A stretch of DNA of 64,000 bases from an uncultured delta proteobacterium (GTDB taxonomy: Bacteria; Myxococcota_A; Polyangia; Haliangiales; Haliangiaceae), in NCBI GenBank assembly GCA_963772655.1, contig CAVYYE010000009.1:150343-214342 (forward strand), read 5' to 3'. The notes under the pieces were generated by a model. That model saw only the letters and a list, made by a program, of their open reading frames with translations, did no database searches and had not been told where the DNA came from. The translations under genes were made by a program, and so were the position numbers. Positions 1 to 8,817 of this stretch are shown here, piece after piece. How positions within the stretch are numbered: the stretch's first letter is position 1; each line of letters opens with the position of its first letter.

Positions 1-158
1 ACGCGCGTGCGCTCCGCGACTTTTGCGTCGAGATGCGACGCAAGAACCTCGGCGCGATCCTCGCCCGGATCCGCGCGTAACAATTCCTTCGGGCTCACGC
101 CCGCAAAAGCCCGGGATTCCACGGGCGCCTCCTCGATCAGACGCTATGATCGAGAGCG

Positions 159-3100
159 ATGAGGCTCGGTCGTGTCCTGCTGCTTGCCCTCGTCGCGACC
201 GCTGCCATCGCGCCGGTTGCGGCGATCGCCGATGACTGGGGGGTCCAGCGCGATCCGTTCGACAAGAAGGAGATCGCGACCTACAAGCGCTACCTCGCGC
301 GCAACCCCCACGACGCTGGCGCGCTCGCGCGTCTGCTCGACAAGTACCGCCGCTACCGCACGGTCGATCTGCTGAAGAGCGAATACCAGAAGCAGATCGA
401 CAAGAACCCGAAGGACTGGGCCGCGCTGGTCGTGCTCGGCCACCTGTATCGCAAGACCGGCGATGATCCGCGCGCGCTCGACAACTGGAACCGCGCCGTC
501 GCGCTCCGGGACTCCGATGCCACGACCTGGATCGCGATCGGCGCCGTCCACAAGGCGAGCGGCAAGAACAAGGATGCGCGCGTCGCCTACGACAAGGCGC
601 TCGTCCACTCGAAGACCAAGAACCAGAAGAAGAAGGCGCTGCGCGCCCTCGCCGACCTCGCGCTCGCGACCGGTGACAACGACGGCGCCGACGCCTACTT
701 CAAGCAGTTCCTCGCGCTCGAGCCGCGCAACGCGCAGCTGTGGATCGAACGTGGCGACGCGATGCTCGCGGCCGGCAAGCACGAGGTCGCGCTCGACAGT
801 TACGCGCACGCCGAGAAGCTCCTCGGTGGCGACCCGTCGCGCCGGATCGACGTGGTCGCGCGCCGCGGCCAGGCCTTCGAGGGCATGGGCAAGGACGAGA
901 AGGCCGTCGCGGAGTACCGGCGCGCGATCAAGCTCGCGCCCAAGGGCTACTACCTCGAGGTCGAGCTCACCAACCGGATCATCGACATCTACCGCAAGAA
1001 GCAGGGCCTGCCCGGTTTGCTCGCGCACTACGAAAAGGCGTGGCCCGAGCGCATGCGCGGTCACTTCGAGTGGTCGACGCTCGGCAAGCTCTACGAGGAG
1101 ACCGGCGCCCAGGACAAGGCGATCCACGCGCTCAAGAAGGCGGTGCAGCGCGCTCCGACCGAGCTCGATACGCAGCGCCGGTTGATCACGCTGCTCGAGA
1201 ACTCGGGTCGCGACGACGAGGCGCTCCGCCAGTACGAGGCCGTGGTGCGCGCCGCGCCCGGCGATGCCCGGTTCCAGCTCGAGCTCGCCGATCGCTACCA
1301 GCGTCGCGGTCGCGACAAGAAGGCGCTCGAGGCGCTTGCCCGGTTGATCGCGCGGTTCCCCAACGACCCCGGCGTGCTCGGCGCCGTCGCCGACCTCTAC
1401 CAGCGATGGGGCAAGGAAGACCTCGCGATCGCGCAGTACGAACGGCTCGCCAAGCTCGAGCCCGACGATCCTTCGCACCTGGTCGCGCTCGGCGAGCAGT
1501 ACTGGCAGAAGGGCAACCGCAAGCGCGCGACCGAGACCTGGAAGCGGCTGATCAACATCGGCAAGGCCGCCGGCTACGCCAAGCTCGGCGAGGTGTTCAA
1601 CGAGCACAACATGCAGGAGGAAGCGCTCGCCCAGTACGCCAAGGCGATCGCGATGGATCCCAAGAAGGCGGCGTTCTACAAGGGGCGCGCCCAGGTCTGG
1701 GAGGCCAAGCGGATCTGGGGGCGCGCGCTCGCCGACCTCGACAAGGTGCTCGAGCTCCTCGGTCACAAGGCAACCGACCGCATGGCGCGTCGCGAGATCC
1801 GCCGGCGCTACGTCACGATCGTGACCCGCTACGCGGCGCGCGAGCCGCAGTACAAGAAGAAGTGGATCGACGGCTTCGCCGACGGCAAGGGTACGAGCGC
1901 GCAGGCGATCGAGGATGGCTACTTCCTCGCCGAGTACTACTCGCGCACCGGCAAGCAGGTGCGTGGACAGCCCGAGCGCGTGCTCGCGGCGCTGCACAAG
2001 CGGGTCCCCGACGATCAGGAGCTGACGCTCGAGCTGGTCAAGCAGTACCGGCTGATCCGCAACTTCGAGCCCGCGATCGCCCTGCTCCTCGAGCTCGCCA
2101 AGCAGGTGCCGAGCCGCGAGGCCGAGGTCTACAACATGATCGCCGACATCAAGATCGAGCAGCGGAAGGACTCCGAGGTCGCGATCTGGCGCCAGAAAGC
2201 GATCGCCAAGAGCCCGAACAGCCCGCTCGGCTACGAGAAGCTCGCCGAGGGCTACGTCGCGATGCAGAAGTTCCCCGAGGCGATCGCGGCGTACCAGAAG
2301 GTGCTCGAGCGCGACCCGCGCAACACCAAGGCGCTGTTCGCGCTCGCGCAGCTCCACATCCAGGCCGGCACGCCGCTCAAGGCGGTCGACCTACTACGTG
2401 CGGTGCTCCGCAACTCGACGAGCGAGGAGGATGTCGCGCGCGCCGGCCGCGAAGCGATCGCGCTCGAGGAGATGACCGACACGCTCGGCGAGCTCGAGAA
2501 GGTCCTGTCTCCGCTGGCGTTCATGATGGCGCACAAGCCGGTGTACCGGCGCGTGCTCGTCGACCTCTACCTCCGCTACGTGCCCCGGCTCGTCGAGCGC
2601 GAGCGCCACGGCACCGACGACGTCAAGAAGGCTGCCCGCGCCGAGCTCGCGCGCATCGGCGGTCACGGCCTGCAGCCGCTGCTCGAGGCGTTGCGTGACG
2701 AGAAAGAGCCGTCGCACCGCGCGGCGGTCGAGGTGCTCGGTCACCTCGGGAACAAGGGGGCGGCCGCGCCGCTGGTCCACCTCGCGCGCCAGGAGCCACC
2801 GCACGACACCCGGTTCATCGGCACGCTCACCGAGGCGCTCGATCGCGAGGTCCGCGTCGAGGCACTGGTCGCGGCCGGCCGGCTCGGCGATCCGCGCGTG
2901 CTATCCGACGTGTTGCCGCTGATGGATCATCCCGAGCTCGCGATGCGCGAGGCGGCCACGTTCACGATCGGTCGCTCGGGCGATCGGCGTGCCGTACCGG
3001 CGCTGGTCAAGGCGCTCGGCGATCGCCGTCCGAGCGTGCAGACACTCGCGTGCCTCGGACTCGCGCAGATCGACGACAAGCGTGGCGTGGCGGCGGCGAT

Positions 3101-4232
3101 CTCCGTGGTCGACGACGCGCGCCGGGCCGACGTCACCCGCGCCGCGTGTGCCTACGCGATCGGTGCACGCCGTGCGAGCAAGGGCATCCCCGCCCTCCTC
3201 GGAGCGCTCGCCGACAACCGCGGCGAGGCCCAGCGTCTCGCCGCGTGGTCGCTCGGTCAGCTCGGCGACGCTCGCTCGCTCGGTCCGCTCGTCCGCGCGT
3301 ATTACGCGCGTGCCGGACGCTCCGGCGGCGAGCTGGTGTGGGCGATCGGCCGGGTCAGCCGGGCCGGCGTGGCACCGGCGCAGCTGTCGACCTCGGGCGA
3401 CTACCCGATGAAGAGCGGCAAGTTCGATCCCGCGACCGCGATCGCCCAGATCCCCGGCGACCTTCCTCACCCGGCGACCTCGACCAAGCTCGTCGTCGAT
3501 CACGCCGACGACATCGCCAAGGGGCTCCTCGACGCGCTCGGCGAGCATCGCGACGTGGTGGTCTCGGTGCTCACCGATCTCGACAGCGATCCGGATCGGC
3601 TCTCGCTCGGGGCCCTGTCGGCATCGGCGTCGACCGATCCCAAGGTCACCGTCGCGATGGAGAAGATCGGGACGGCGCTGACCCCCGCGGTCAAGGGCCA
3701 GCTCGCGAGCGACGACCCGAAGGTCCGTGCACTCGCGGTCTCGGTGATCGCGAAGATCGGCGCCCCCGGCGTGGCCACGGCGGCGATCCAGAAGGGCCTC
3801 CAGGACTCGGCCGATCAGGTGCGCGCGGCGTCGATGCACGCGATCGCGGTGCTCGCCCATCACGGCGCGCCTCCGCGCGATCTCGTCGAGGCCCTGACTC
3901 GCACGCTGGCCAACGGCCGGTGGGCCGATCGGCGCGTCGCCGCCCAGGCGCTCGGTCGGATCGGCAAGGCCGGCGCGCCCGCGGCCCTGGTCACCGCGGC
4001 GCACGACTCGTCGAGCTTCGTCCGCGAAGCCGTCGCCGGGGCGCTCGGGGCGCTCGGGAAGACCCCCGGAGCGGTCGACGCCCTGCTCGCGCTGTCTCGC
4101 GACGAGGTCGCCCAGGTCCGAGCGGCCTCTGCCCGGTCGCTCGGACAGGTCAAGGACCCCCGCGCACGCAAACGGCGGGGCGAGCTCGAGCGCGATCCCA
4201 GCCCGATCGTCCGTCAGGCCGCCGCACACTGA
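159..4232 (+). CDS. Large secreted TPR-repeat / HEAT (PBS-lyase-like) repeat protein, 1357 aa
   Basis: Single long ORF. N-terminal hydrophobic signal-like segment (LLLALVATAAIAPVAA). Numerous TPR-like helices through about aa 850, then repeated HEAT-type motifs (AVPALVKALGD..., LGRIGKAGAPAALV...) to the C-terminus. High GC3 codon bias on this strand. The overlapping antisense 737-aa ORF is a shadow. Confidence 0.85.
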   Translation: MRLGRVLLLALVATAAIAPVAAIADDWGVQRDPFDKKEIATYKRYLARNPHDAGALARLLDKYRRYRTVDLLKSEYQKQIDKNPKDWAALVVLGHLYRKTGDDPRALDNWNRAVALRDSDATTWIAIGAVHKASGKNKDARVAYDKALVHSKTKNQKKKALRALADLALATGDNDGADAYFKQFLALEPRNAQLWIERGDAMLAAGKHEVALDSYAHAEKLLGGDPSRRIDVVARRGQAFEGMGKDEKAVAEYRRAIKLAPKGYYLEVELTNRIIDIYRKKQGLPGLLAHYEKAWPERMRGHFEWSTLGKLYEETGAQDKAIHALKKAVQRAPTELDTQRRLITLLENSGRDDEALRQYEAVVRAAPGDARFQLELADRYQRRGRDKKALEALARLIARFPNDPGVLGAVADLYQRWGKEDLAIAQYERLAKLEPDDPSHLVALGEQYWQKGNRKRATETWKRLINIGKAAGYAKLGEVFNEHNMQEEALAQYAKAIAMDPKKAAFYKGRAQVWEAKRIWGRALADLDKVLELLGHKATDRMARREIRRRYVTIVTRYAAREPQYKKKWIDGFADGKGTSAQAIEDGYFLAEYYSRTGKQVRGQPERVLAALHKRVPDDQELTLELVKQYRLIRNFEPAIALLLELAKQVPSREAEVYNMIADIKIEQRKDSEVAIWRQKAIAKSPNSPLGYEKLAEGYVAMQKFPEAIAAYQKVLERDPRNTKALFALAQLHIQAGTPLKAVDLLRAVLRNSTSEEDVARAGREAIALEEMTDTLGELEKVLSPLAFMMAHKPVYRRVLVDLYLRYVPRLVERERHGTDDVKKAARAELARIGGHGLQPLLEALRDEKEPSHRAAVEVLGHLGNKGAAAPLVHLARQEPPHDTRFIGTLTEALDREVRVEALVAAGRLGDPRVLSDVLPLMDHPELAMREAATFTIGRSGDRRAVPALVKALGDRRPSVQTLACLGLAQIDDKRGVAAAISVVDDARRADVTRAACAYAIGARRASKGIPALLGALADNRGEAQRLAAWSLGQLGDARSLGPLVRAYYARAGRSGGELVWAIGRVSRAGVAPAQLSTSGDYPMKSGKFDPATAIAQIPGDLPHPATSTKLVVDHADDIAKGLLDALGEHRDVVVSVLTDLDSDPDRLSLGALSASASTDPKVTVAMEKIGTALTPAVKGQLASDDPKVRALAVSVIAKIGAPGVATAAIQKGLQDSADQVRAASMHAIAVLAHHGAPPRDLVEALTRTLANGRWADRRVAAQALGRIGKAGAPAALVTAAHDSSSFVREAVAGALGALGKTPGAVDALLALSRDEVAQVRAASARSLGQVKDPRARKRRGELERDPSPIVRQAAAH

Positions 4233-4255
4233 CGCATCGTTGAGGGGTCCGTACT

Positions 4256-4285
4256 TTGACGGGCTTCGGCGAGAAGAGGTAGAAT
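4256..4285 (+). promoter_or_regulatory. Putative sigma-70-type promoter (TTGACG-N18-TAGAAT) about 9 nt upstream of the ATG of the first FHA gene; possibly a leaderless or short-leader transcript
   Basis: AT-rich hexamers TTGACG (4256-4261) and TAGAAT (4280-4285) stand out in a 70% GC background, placed immediately 5' of the ATG at 4295. Confidence 0.3.
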
Positions 4286-4294
4286 TTCGGCTCG

Positions 4295-5332
4295 ATGGAC
4301 GTCGGCCTGGTGTGCGACGCGTGCAGCGCGTTGACCCCGATCGGGGTACCGCATTGCAAGCGCTGCGGAGCTGACGTCGCGCTCGATCCGAGGCCGCGAT
4401 CACACAGTCAGCCACCACCGGACGGGCTTTCGCCGACGATTCCGGAATCCGCCAACCTCTCTTCGGCGACGACGACGTGCACCAAGTGTGGGAACGAAGC
4501 TTCCGATCACCTGAAGTTCTGCCCCAACTGCGGCGCGAAGCTGGGACCACCGAAGAACGCGTTCGACGTCGACATCGAGACCCGCGTCGGACCGCGATCG
4601 TCCGGATCGACTCCGGTCCCGAGCGATCCCGCCGTCGGCGGCGGGCCGATCAAGACCCCGCAGAAGACGTTGTTCTTCGGCGGTGCGCTGCAGTCGGCGC
4701 GCGCGAAGCTCACGCTGATCCGCGGCGACGGAGAGGACGGCGTGTCGTTCACGCTCGCCGGTACCGACCACGTCGCCGGGCGTGGCGACTGTCCGATCTC
4801 GTTTCCCGACGATCCGTTCCTGTCGCCGCATCACTGCAACTTCATCTATCGCGATCGCCAGCTGATCGTGCGCGACGAAGAATCGCTCAACGGCGTCTAC
4901 GTGCGGATCACCGACAAGGCCGACCTCCAGCCCGGTGGCACCGTGCTCGTCGGCGAACAGGTGCTCGTCGTGTCGCCCGTGAAGGCGCCCGAGGACCTTC
5001 CCGATGCGGAAGGCACCTATTACTCGACCAGCATCCAGCGGCCGGCCACGCTCGAGATCCAGCAGCAACTCCGCGGCGGCGCGGTCGGCTGGGTGTTCCG
5101 GCCCGAGGGCGACGTCGTGACGCTCGGTCGCGAGGGCAACGACATCAATTTTCCAGACGACCCGTTCATCTCGGGTCGTCATGCAGAGCTTCGGGTGACG
5201 GGTGGCGCGCTGTGCGTTACCGATCTAGGTTCGCGAAACGGCACGTTCGTTCGCATCGACGGCCAACGAGTGCTCGCACACGGAGACTACGTGTTCTTGG
5301 GACAGCAGCTGCTGCGCGTCGAAATCGTCTGA
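4295..5332 (+). CDS. Zinc-ribbon (double CxxC) protein with two FHA domains
   Basis: N-terminal CDAC...CKRCG and CTKCG...CPNCG zinc-ribbon motifs. Two FHA-like modules (VAGRGDCPISFPDDPFLSPHHCNFIYRD...; TLGREGNDINFPDDPFISGRHAELRV...SRNGTFV). Confidence 0.85.
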   Translation: MDVGLVCDACSALTPIGVPHCKRCGADVALDPRPRSHSQPPPDGLSPTIPESANLSSATTTCTKCGNEASDHLKFCPNCGAKLGPPKNAFDVDIETRVGPRSSGSTPVPSDPAVGGGPIKTPQKTLFFGGALQSARAKLTLIRGDGEDGVSFTLAGTDHVAGRGDCPISFPDDPFLSPHHCNFIYRDRQLIVRDEESLNGVYVRITDKADLQPGGTVLVGEQVLVVSPVKAPEDLPDAEGTYYSTSIQRPATLEIQQQLRGGAVGWVFRPEGDVVTLGREGNDINFPDDPFISGRHAELRVTGGALCVTDLGSRNGTFVRIDGQRVLAHGDYVFLGQQLLRVEIV

Positions 5333-5342
5333 GGGAGCCCAC

Positions 5343-6668
5343 ATGACCGTCTGCAACAGATGCGGGAAAGAAAACCAGGACCACTACAAGTTCTGCCTGG
5401 GATGCGGAGCCGAGCTATCGGCCGCACCGAAGCCGCCAGCGGGCGACATGGGCATGATGAAGACCATGATGGCGGACAACTCCCAGGGCTTCGGTCCGGG
5501 TGGTCCGGGTGGTCCTCCGGGACCGGGACCGGGACCGGGTCCGGGTGGACCGGGTCCGGGTCCGGGTCCGGGTCCGGTTGGTCCGGGTCCGATGGGACCG
5601 CCCCCGGGAATGCCCGGGATGCCGCCACCAGGACAGCAGCAGCGGGGGCCGTCCAACGCGATGCCGCAGCAGGGACCGCGTTCGGGTCCGATGGGCATGC
5701 CGCCCTCGGGACCGATCGGTGCGCCTCCGATGACACCTCCCCCGATGGGCCCGCCTCCCGGCGTGCCGGGATTCAATCCGGGCTTCGGACCACCCCCCGG
5801 TGGACCGAGTCCGTCGACCGGTCCGCGTCGCTGTCCGTCGTGCGGTAGCGACGTCCCGCCGACGTTCCGGTTCTGCGGCACGTGCGGCTTCCGCATGGAC
5901 GAGGGCTCGGCCCCGATGCAGATGCCGCAAGGCCCCGGCGGCGGACCCCCGATGGGTGGCCCCGGCCCGCAGATGGGTGGTCCGCAGATGGGTGGTCCGC
6001 AGATGGGTGGTCCGCAGATGGGTGGCCCGCAGCCCGCCCCCGCGCGACTGTCGATGACGCTGATCCGCCCGGACGGCACCGAGGGTGGCACCCACGAGCT
6101 GCGGCCCGGCGAGAACAAGATCGGTCGTAGCTTCGGTCCGATCTTCGAGAACGACGGTTACCTGTCGCCGGTCCACGCGGTGCTGATGATCCACGGCCCC
6201 AGCCAGGGCATGGTGAAGGACCTCGACAGCCTCAACGGCGTGTTCGTGAAGATGACGCAGGAGGAGGAGCTGACCTCCGGCCAGATCATCCGCATCGGAC
6301 AGGAGCTGCTGCGGTTCGAGCTCATCGCGTCGCCGGAGGCCACCCCCGACGGCACCGAGCTCATGGGCAGCCCCAACCCCGGCTACTGGGGCAAGCTGAC
6401 CGTGATCATCGGCCGCGACATCACCGGTGCGGCGTTCCCGCTCCTCGGCGACAACGTCACGCTCGGTCGCGAGCGCGGGGAGATCAACTTCCCCGACGAC
6501 GGTTATGTCTCGGGACTCCACGCGCGCGTCACGCTGCGTGACGGCCGGGTCTACCTCTCCGACCTCGGCAGCTCGAACGGCACGTTCATCAAGGTCAACG
6601 GAGAGCGCGGCGTCGGTAACGAGTCGTTCGTCCTCCTCGGCCAGCAGCTGTTCCGGCTCAACATCTAG
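5343..6668 (+). CDS. Zinc-ribbon / P-G-rich low-complexity / double-FHA protein (paralog of the upstream gene)
   Basis: CNRCG...CLGCG and CPSCG...CGTCG zinc ribbons. Long Pro/Gly-rich linker with (GPQMG)n and GPGPG repeats. Two FHA modules (KIGRSFGPIFENDGYLSPVHAVL...; TLGRERGEINFPDDGYVSGLHARV...SSNGTFI). SD-like GAGGGA upstream of the ATG. Confidence 0.85.
   Translation: MTVCNRCGKENQDHYKFCLGCGAELSAAPKPPAGDMGMMKTMMADNSQGFGPGGPGGPPGPGPGPGPGGPGPGPGPGPVGPGPMGPPPGMPGMPPPGQQQRGPSNAMPQQGPRSGPMGMPPSGPIGAPPMTPPPMGPPPGVPGFNPGFGPPPGGPSPSTGPRRCPSCGSDVPPTFRFCGTCGFRMDEGSAPMQMPQGPGGGPPMGGPGPQMGGPQMGGPQMGGPQMGGPQPAPARLSMTLIRPDGTEGGTHELRPGENKIGRSFGPIFENDGYLSPVHAVLMIHGPSQGMVKDLDSLNGVFVKMTQEEELTSGQIIRIGQELLRFELIASPEATPDGTELMGSPNPGYWGKLTVIIGRDITGAAFPLLGDNVTLGRERGEINFPDDGYVSGLHARVTLRDGRVYLSDLGSSNGTFIKVNGERGVGNESFVLLGQQLFRLNI
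5968..6033 (+). repeat. In-frame 15-bp tandem repeat (CCGCAGATGGGTGGT x about 4.4) encoding (PQMGG)n; upstream GGTCCG-type hexamer repeats at about 5492-5595
   Basis: Direct reading of the sequence: near-perfect head-to-tail copies inside the coding region of the second FHA gene. Confidence 0.9.
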
Positions 6669-6704
6669 CCGGGGTTCGGCGCACGGCGCCCGCGAAACCG
6701 GGCG

Positions 6705-7148
6705 CTATTTCTTTTTCTTGTGGGCGCCGCCGACGCCCTCGAGGTCGTCGACGGAGTATCCGGCGTCGTCCTTGCGGACGAACTTGAACGCCTTCTTGAT
6801 CGTCAGCTGACCGCCGGGATCGAAGATCACGAGCACGTCGACCACTTCGTCGGGCTTGCCACCCGGCGCCTGGACGATCAGCTCGGAGTCGCTCTGGAAC
6901 CGGATGATCGAACCCTGGCGAGATCCGAAGTAGACCTTGGCGTTGCGAGGACCGTCCTTGATGAACCGGTTCCCCTTGATCACCACGTAGGTCCCACCCT
7001 CGGTATCGCCGGTATCGGGCGATAGATCCGTCACCTTCAACTTGGGATCGTCATCGCCGCACGCCACTGCACCCAACGCGAGAGCCAGCAGCAACACGGG
7101 CCAGACGGCCCGTAACCACGGGGCATGCTGACGTCTCACGGCAGTCAT
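6705..7148 (-). CDS. Hypothetical small lipoprotein (147 aa)
   Basis: ATG at 7148 gives MTAVRRQHAPWLRAVWPVLLLALALGAVACG (signal peptide plus lipobox-like AVAC). C-terminal KKKK. The longer ORF extension upstream is low-complexity junk. Confidence 0.5.
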   Translation of the reverse strand: MTAVRRQHAPWLRAVWPVLLLALALGAVACGDDDPKLKVTDLSPDTGDTEGGTYVVIKGNRFIKDGPRNAKVYFGSRQGSIIRFQSDSELIVQAPGGKPDEVVDVLVIFDPGGQLTIKKAFKFVRKDDAGYSVDDLEGVGGAHKKKK

Positions 7149-7195
7149 GTACCGAAACCTACCCAAATACGGGCGCCGGCGCCAATCGCCGGCGA

Positions 7196-8572
7196 TTACA
7201 ACAGGTCCCGGCGTGCCAGAGCCCGGCGCATCTTGGCGAGCGCCTGCTCCTGGAGCTGGCGGATGCGCTCGCGGGACAGGTTGTACTTGTCGCCGATCTC
7301 CTTGAGCGTGAGCTCCTGCTCGGTCCCCAGCCCGAATCGCTGGCGCAGGATATCGGCCTCGATGGGGCGCAGCTCGCGGAGCAGGTCGCGGACCTCCGTG
7401 GTCAACGCTTCCCACTCGAGATCGTCGGTCGGGGACGTCGGATCGCGATCCGGGTCCTCGAGCACCTCACCCAGCACCCGGCCCTCGTCGTCGCCGACCG
7501 GCTTGTCGATCGACACCGAGCTCTCGAGCAGCCAGCTCCGCATTTTCTCGATCTTGTCGAGGGGCATCTGCGTCGCCTCTGCGAGCTCTTCGCTCGTGGG
7601 TTGACGACCCAGCTTCCCGGTGAGCTGACGGCGCGCCTTGGTGAGCCGGTGCTGGGCATCGATCATGTGCACCGGCAGCCGGACCTCGCGTCCCTTGTCG
7701 GCGAGTGCGCGGCTGATCGCGTGGCGGATCCACCAGCTCGCGTAGGTCGAGAACCGGAAGCCTCGGCGATAGTCGTAACGCTCGACCGCCTTGATCAGAC
7801 CGAGGTTGCCCTCCTGGATCAGATCGGCGAGTGCCATGCGACCGTGGTTGAAGCGGCGCGCGATGCTGACCACGAGCCGGAGGTTGGCCTTCACGAAGTC
7901 GTTGCGTGCCTCGGCGGCGGATCGGTTCGCGGTGTACACGCGACGAAGCCACTCGCTCCGTGCGCGTTCGCGCCCGAGCGACCCGACGGAGACGCCGCGC
8001 GATCCGATACCCAGCGAGATCCGATCGACGGTCATGAGCGCGGCGTCGATGAACAGGTGATCGACATCGGCGGAGCGAAGCTTGCGAGCCGTCTTCGCGA
8101 CCTGCTTGCTCCACGTCTTCTCGTTGGGCTTCTTGTCCTCCGCGGCACGCCGCAGCGTCTTGGCCTCGGTCGGGAGCGTCTCGATCAACTCCTCGACGGT
8201 CGCGATCACGTGCGCGACCGCCGGCGGATGCGAGAGCACCGCTTCCCACAACATGATCTCCAGCAGCTCGATCTCGCGCGCCGAGGTGAACTCCTCCTCG
8301 GGACGCAGCACGTCGAGCACCGCCATGTCGCGGAAGTACATCGACAGGTAGGTGCCGCTGTCGGGACGGGCGGGTTTCTCGTCTTTGTCCTGCCCTTCCG
8401 ATTCGGTGCGGACGTCGTCGTCGTCATCGTCGTCGTCCGGATCCTCCTGACGGGCGCGGGTACGCTTCGCCGCCTTGGCGGATACGCGAGCCGCGCGCTG
8501 CCGCGCTTCGGTCTTCTTCTGGTCTTTCTGCGGTCGACCAAAGCCTCCGAACTTCGTGACGATGGCTGCCAT
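7196..8572 (-). CDS. RNA polymerase sigma-70 family factor (RpoD-like, group 1/2), 458 aa
   Basis: Region 2 (DLIQEGNLGLIKAVERYDYRRGFRFSTYASWWIRHAISRALAD), region 3, and region 4 (LTLKEIGDKYNLSRERIRQLQEQALAKMR). N-terminal K/R-rich then poly-Asp segment. Confidence 0.9.
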   Translation of the reverse strand: MAAIVTKFGGFGRPQKDQKKTEARQRAARVSAKAAKRTRARQEDPDDDDDDDDVRTESEGQDKDEKPARPDSGTYLSMYFRDMAVLDVLRPEEEFTSAREIELLEIMLWEAVLSHPPAVAHVIATVEELIETLPTEAKTLRRAAEDKKPNEKTWSKQVAKTARKLRSADVDHLFIDAALMTVDRISLGIGSRGVSVGSLGRERARSEWLRRVYTANRSAAEARNDFVKANLRLVVSIARRFNHGRMALADLIQEGNLGLIKAVERYDYRRGFRFSTYASWWIRHAISRALADKGREVRLPVHMIDAQHRLTKARRQLTGKLGRQPTSEELAEATQMPLDKIEKMRSWLLESSVSIDKPVGDDEGRVLGEVLEDPDRDPTSPTDDLEWEALTTEVRDLLRELRPIEADILRQRFGLGTEQELTLKEIGDKYNLSRERIRQLQEQALAKMRRALARRDLL

Positions 8573-8817
8573 CTAGTGCCCTCTCTTCTCGCAGGCGCGA
8601 GACGCCTACCTAGGTAAGACGCGCGAGCCACCCAAATGTTTTGGACAACTCGCTCGATCGAAAACTCTCGCGTCACCCTCAATGACTCGCGAGACCCCCG
8701 AGTTATTCCATTGTCGTCGAGACGTTATGGGTGTCGCGGGCGTGCCACACCTGTCGCGTGCCGCGATGACACACGCGCGGAAGCCGACGCGCGAAAATGA
8801 CAACGCCGGACCAGACG

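Noticed and set aside
144-2357. 737-aa minus-strand ORF antisense to the TPR/HEAT gene, plus the 240-aa and 652-aa Arg-rich plus-strand frames at 463-2698
   Set aside because: Low-complexity R/A/G/L-rich translations with no motifs. These are typical shadow ORFs opposite or out of frame to a real high-GC gene, whereas the 159-4232 frame has clear TPR/HEAT repeats.
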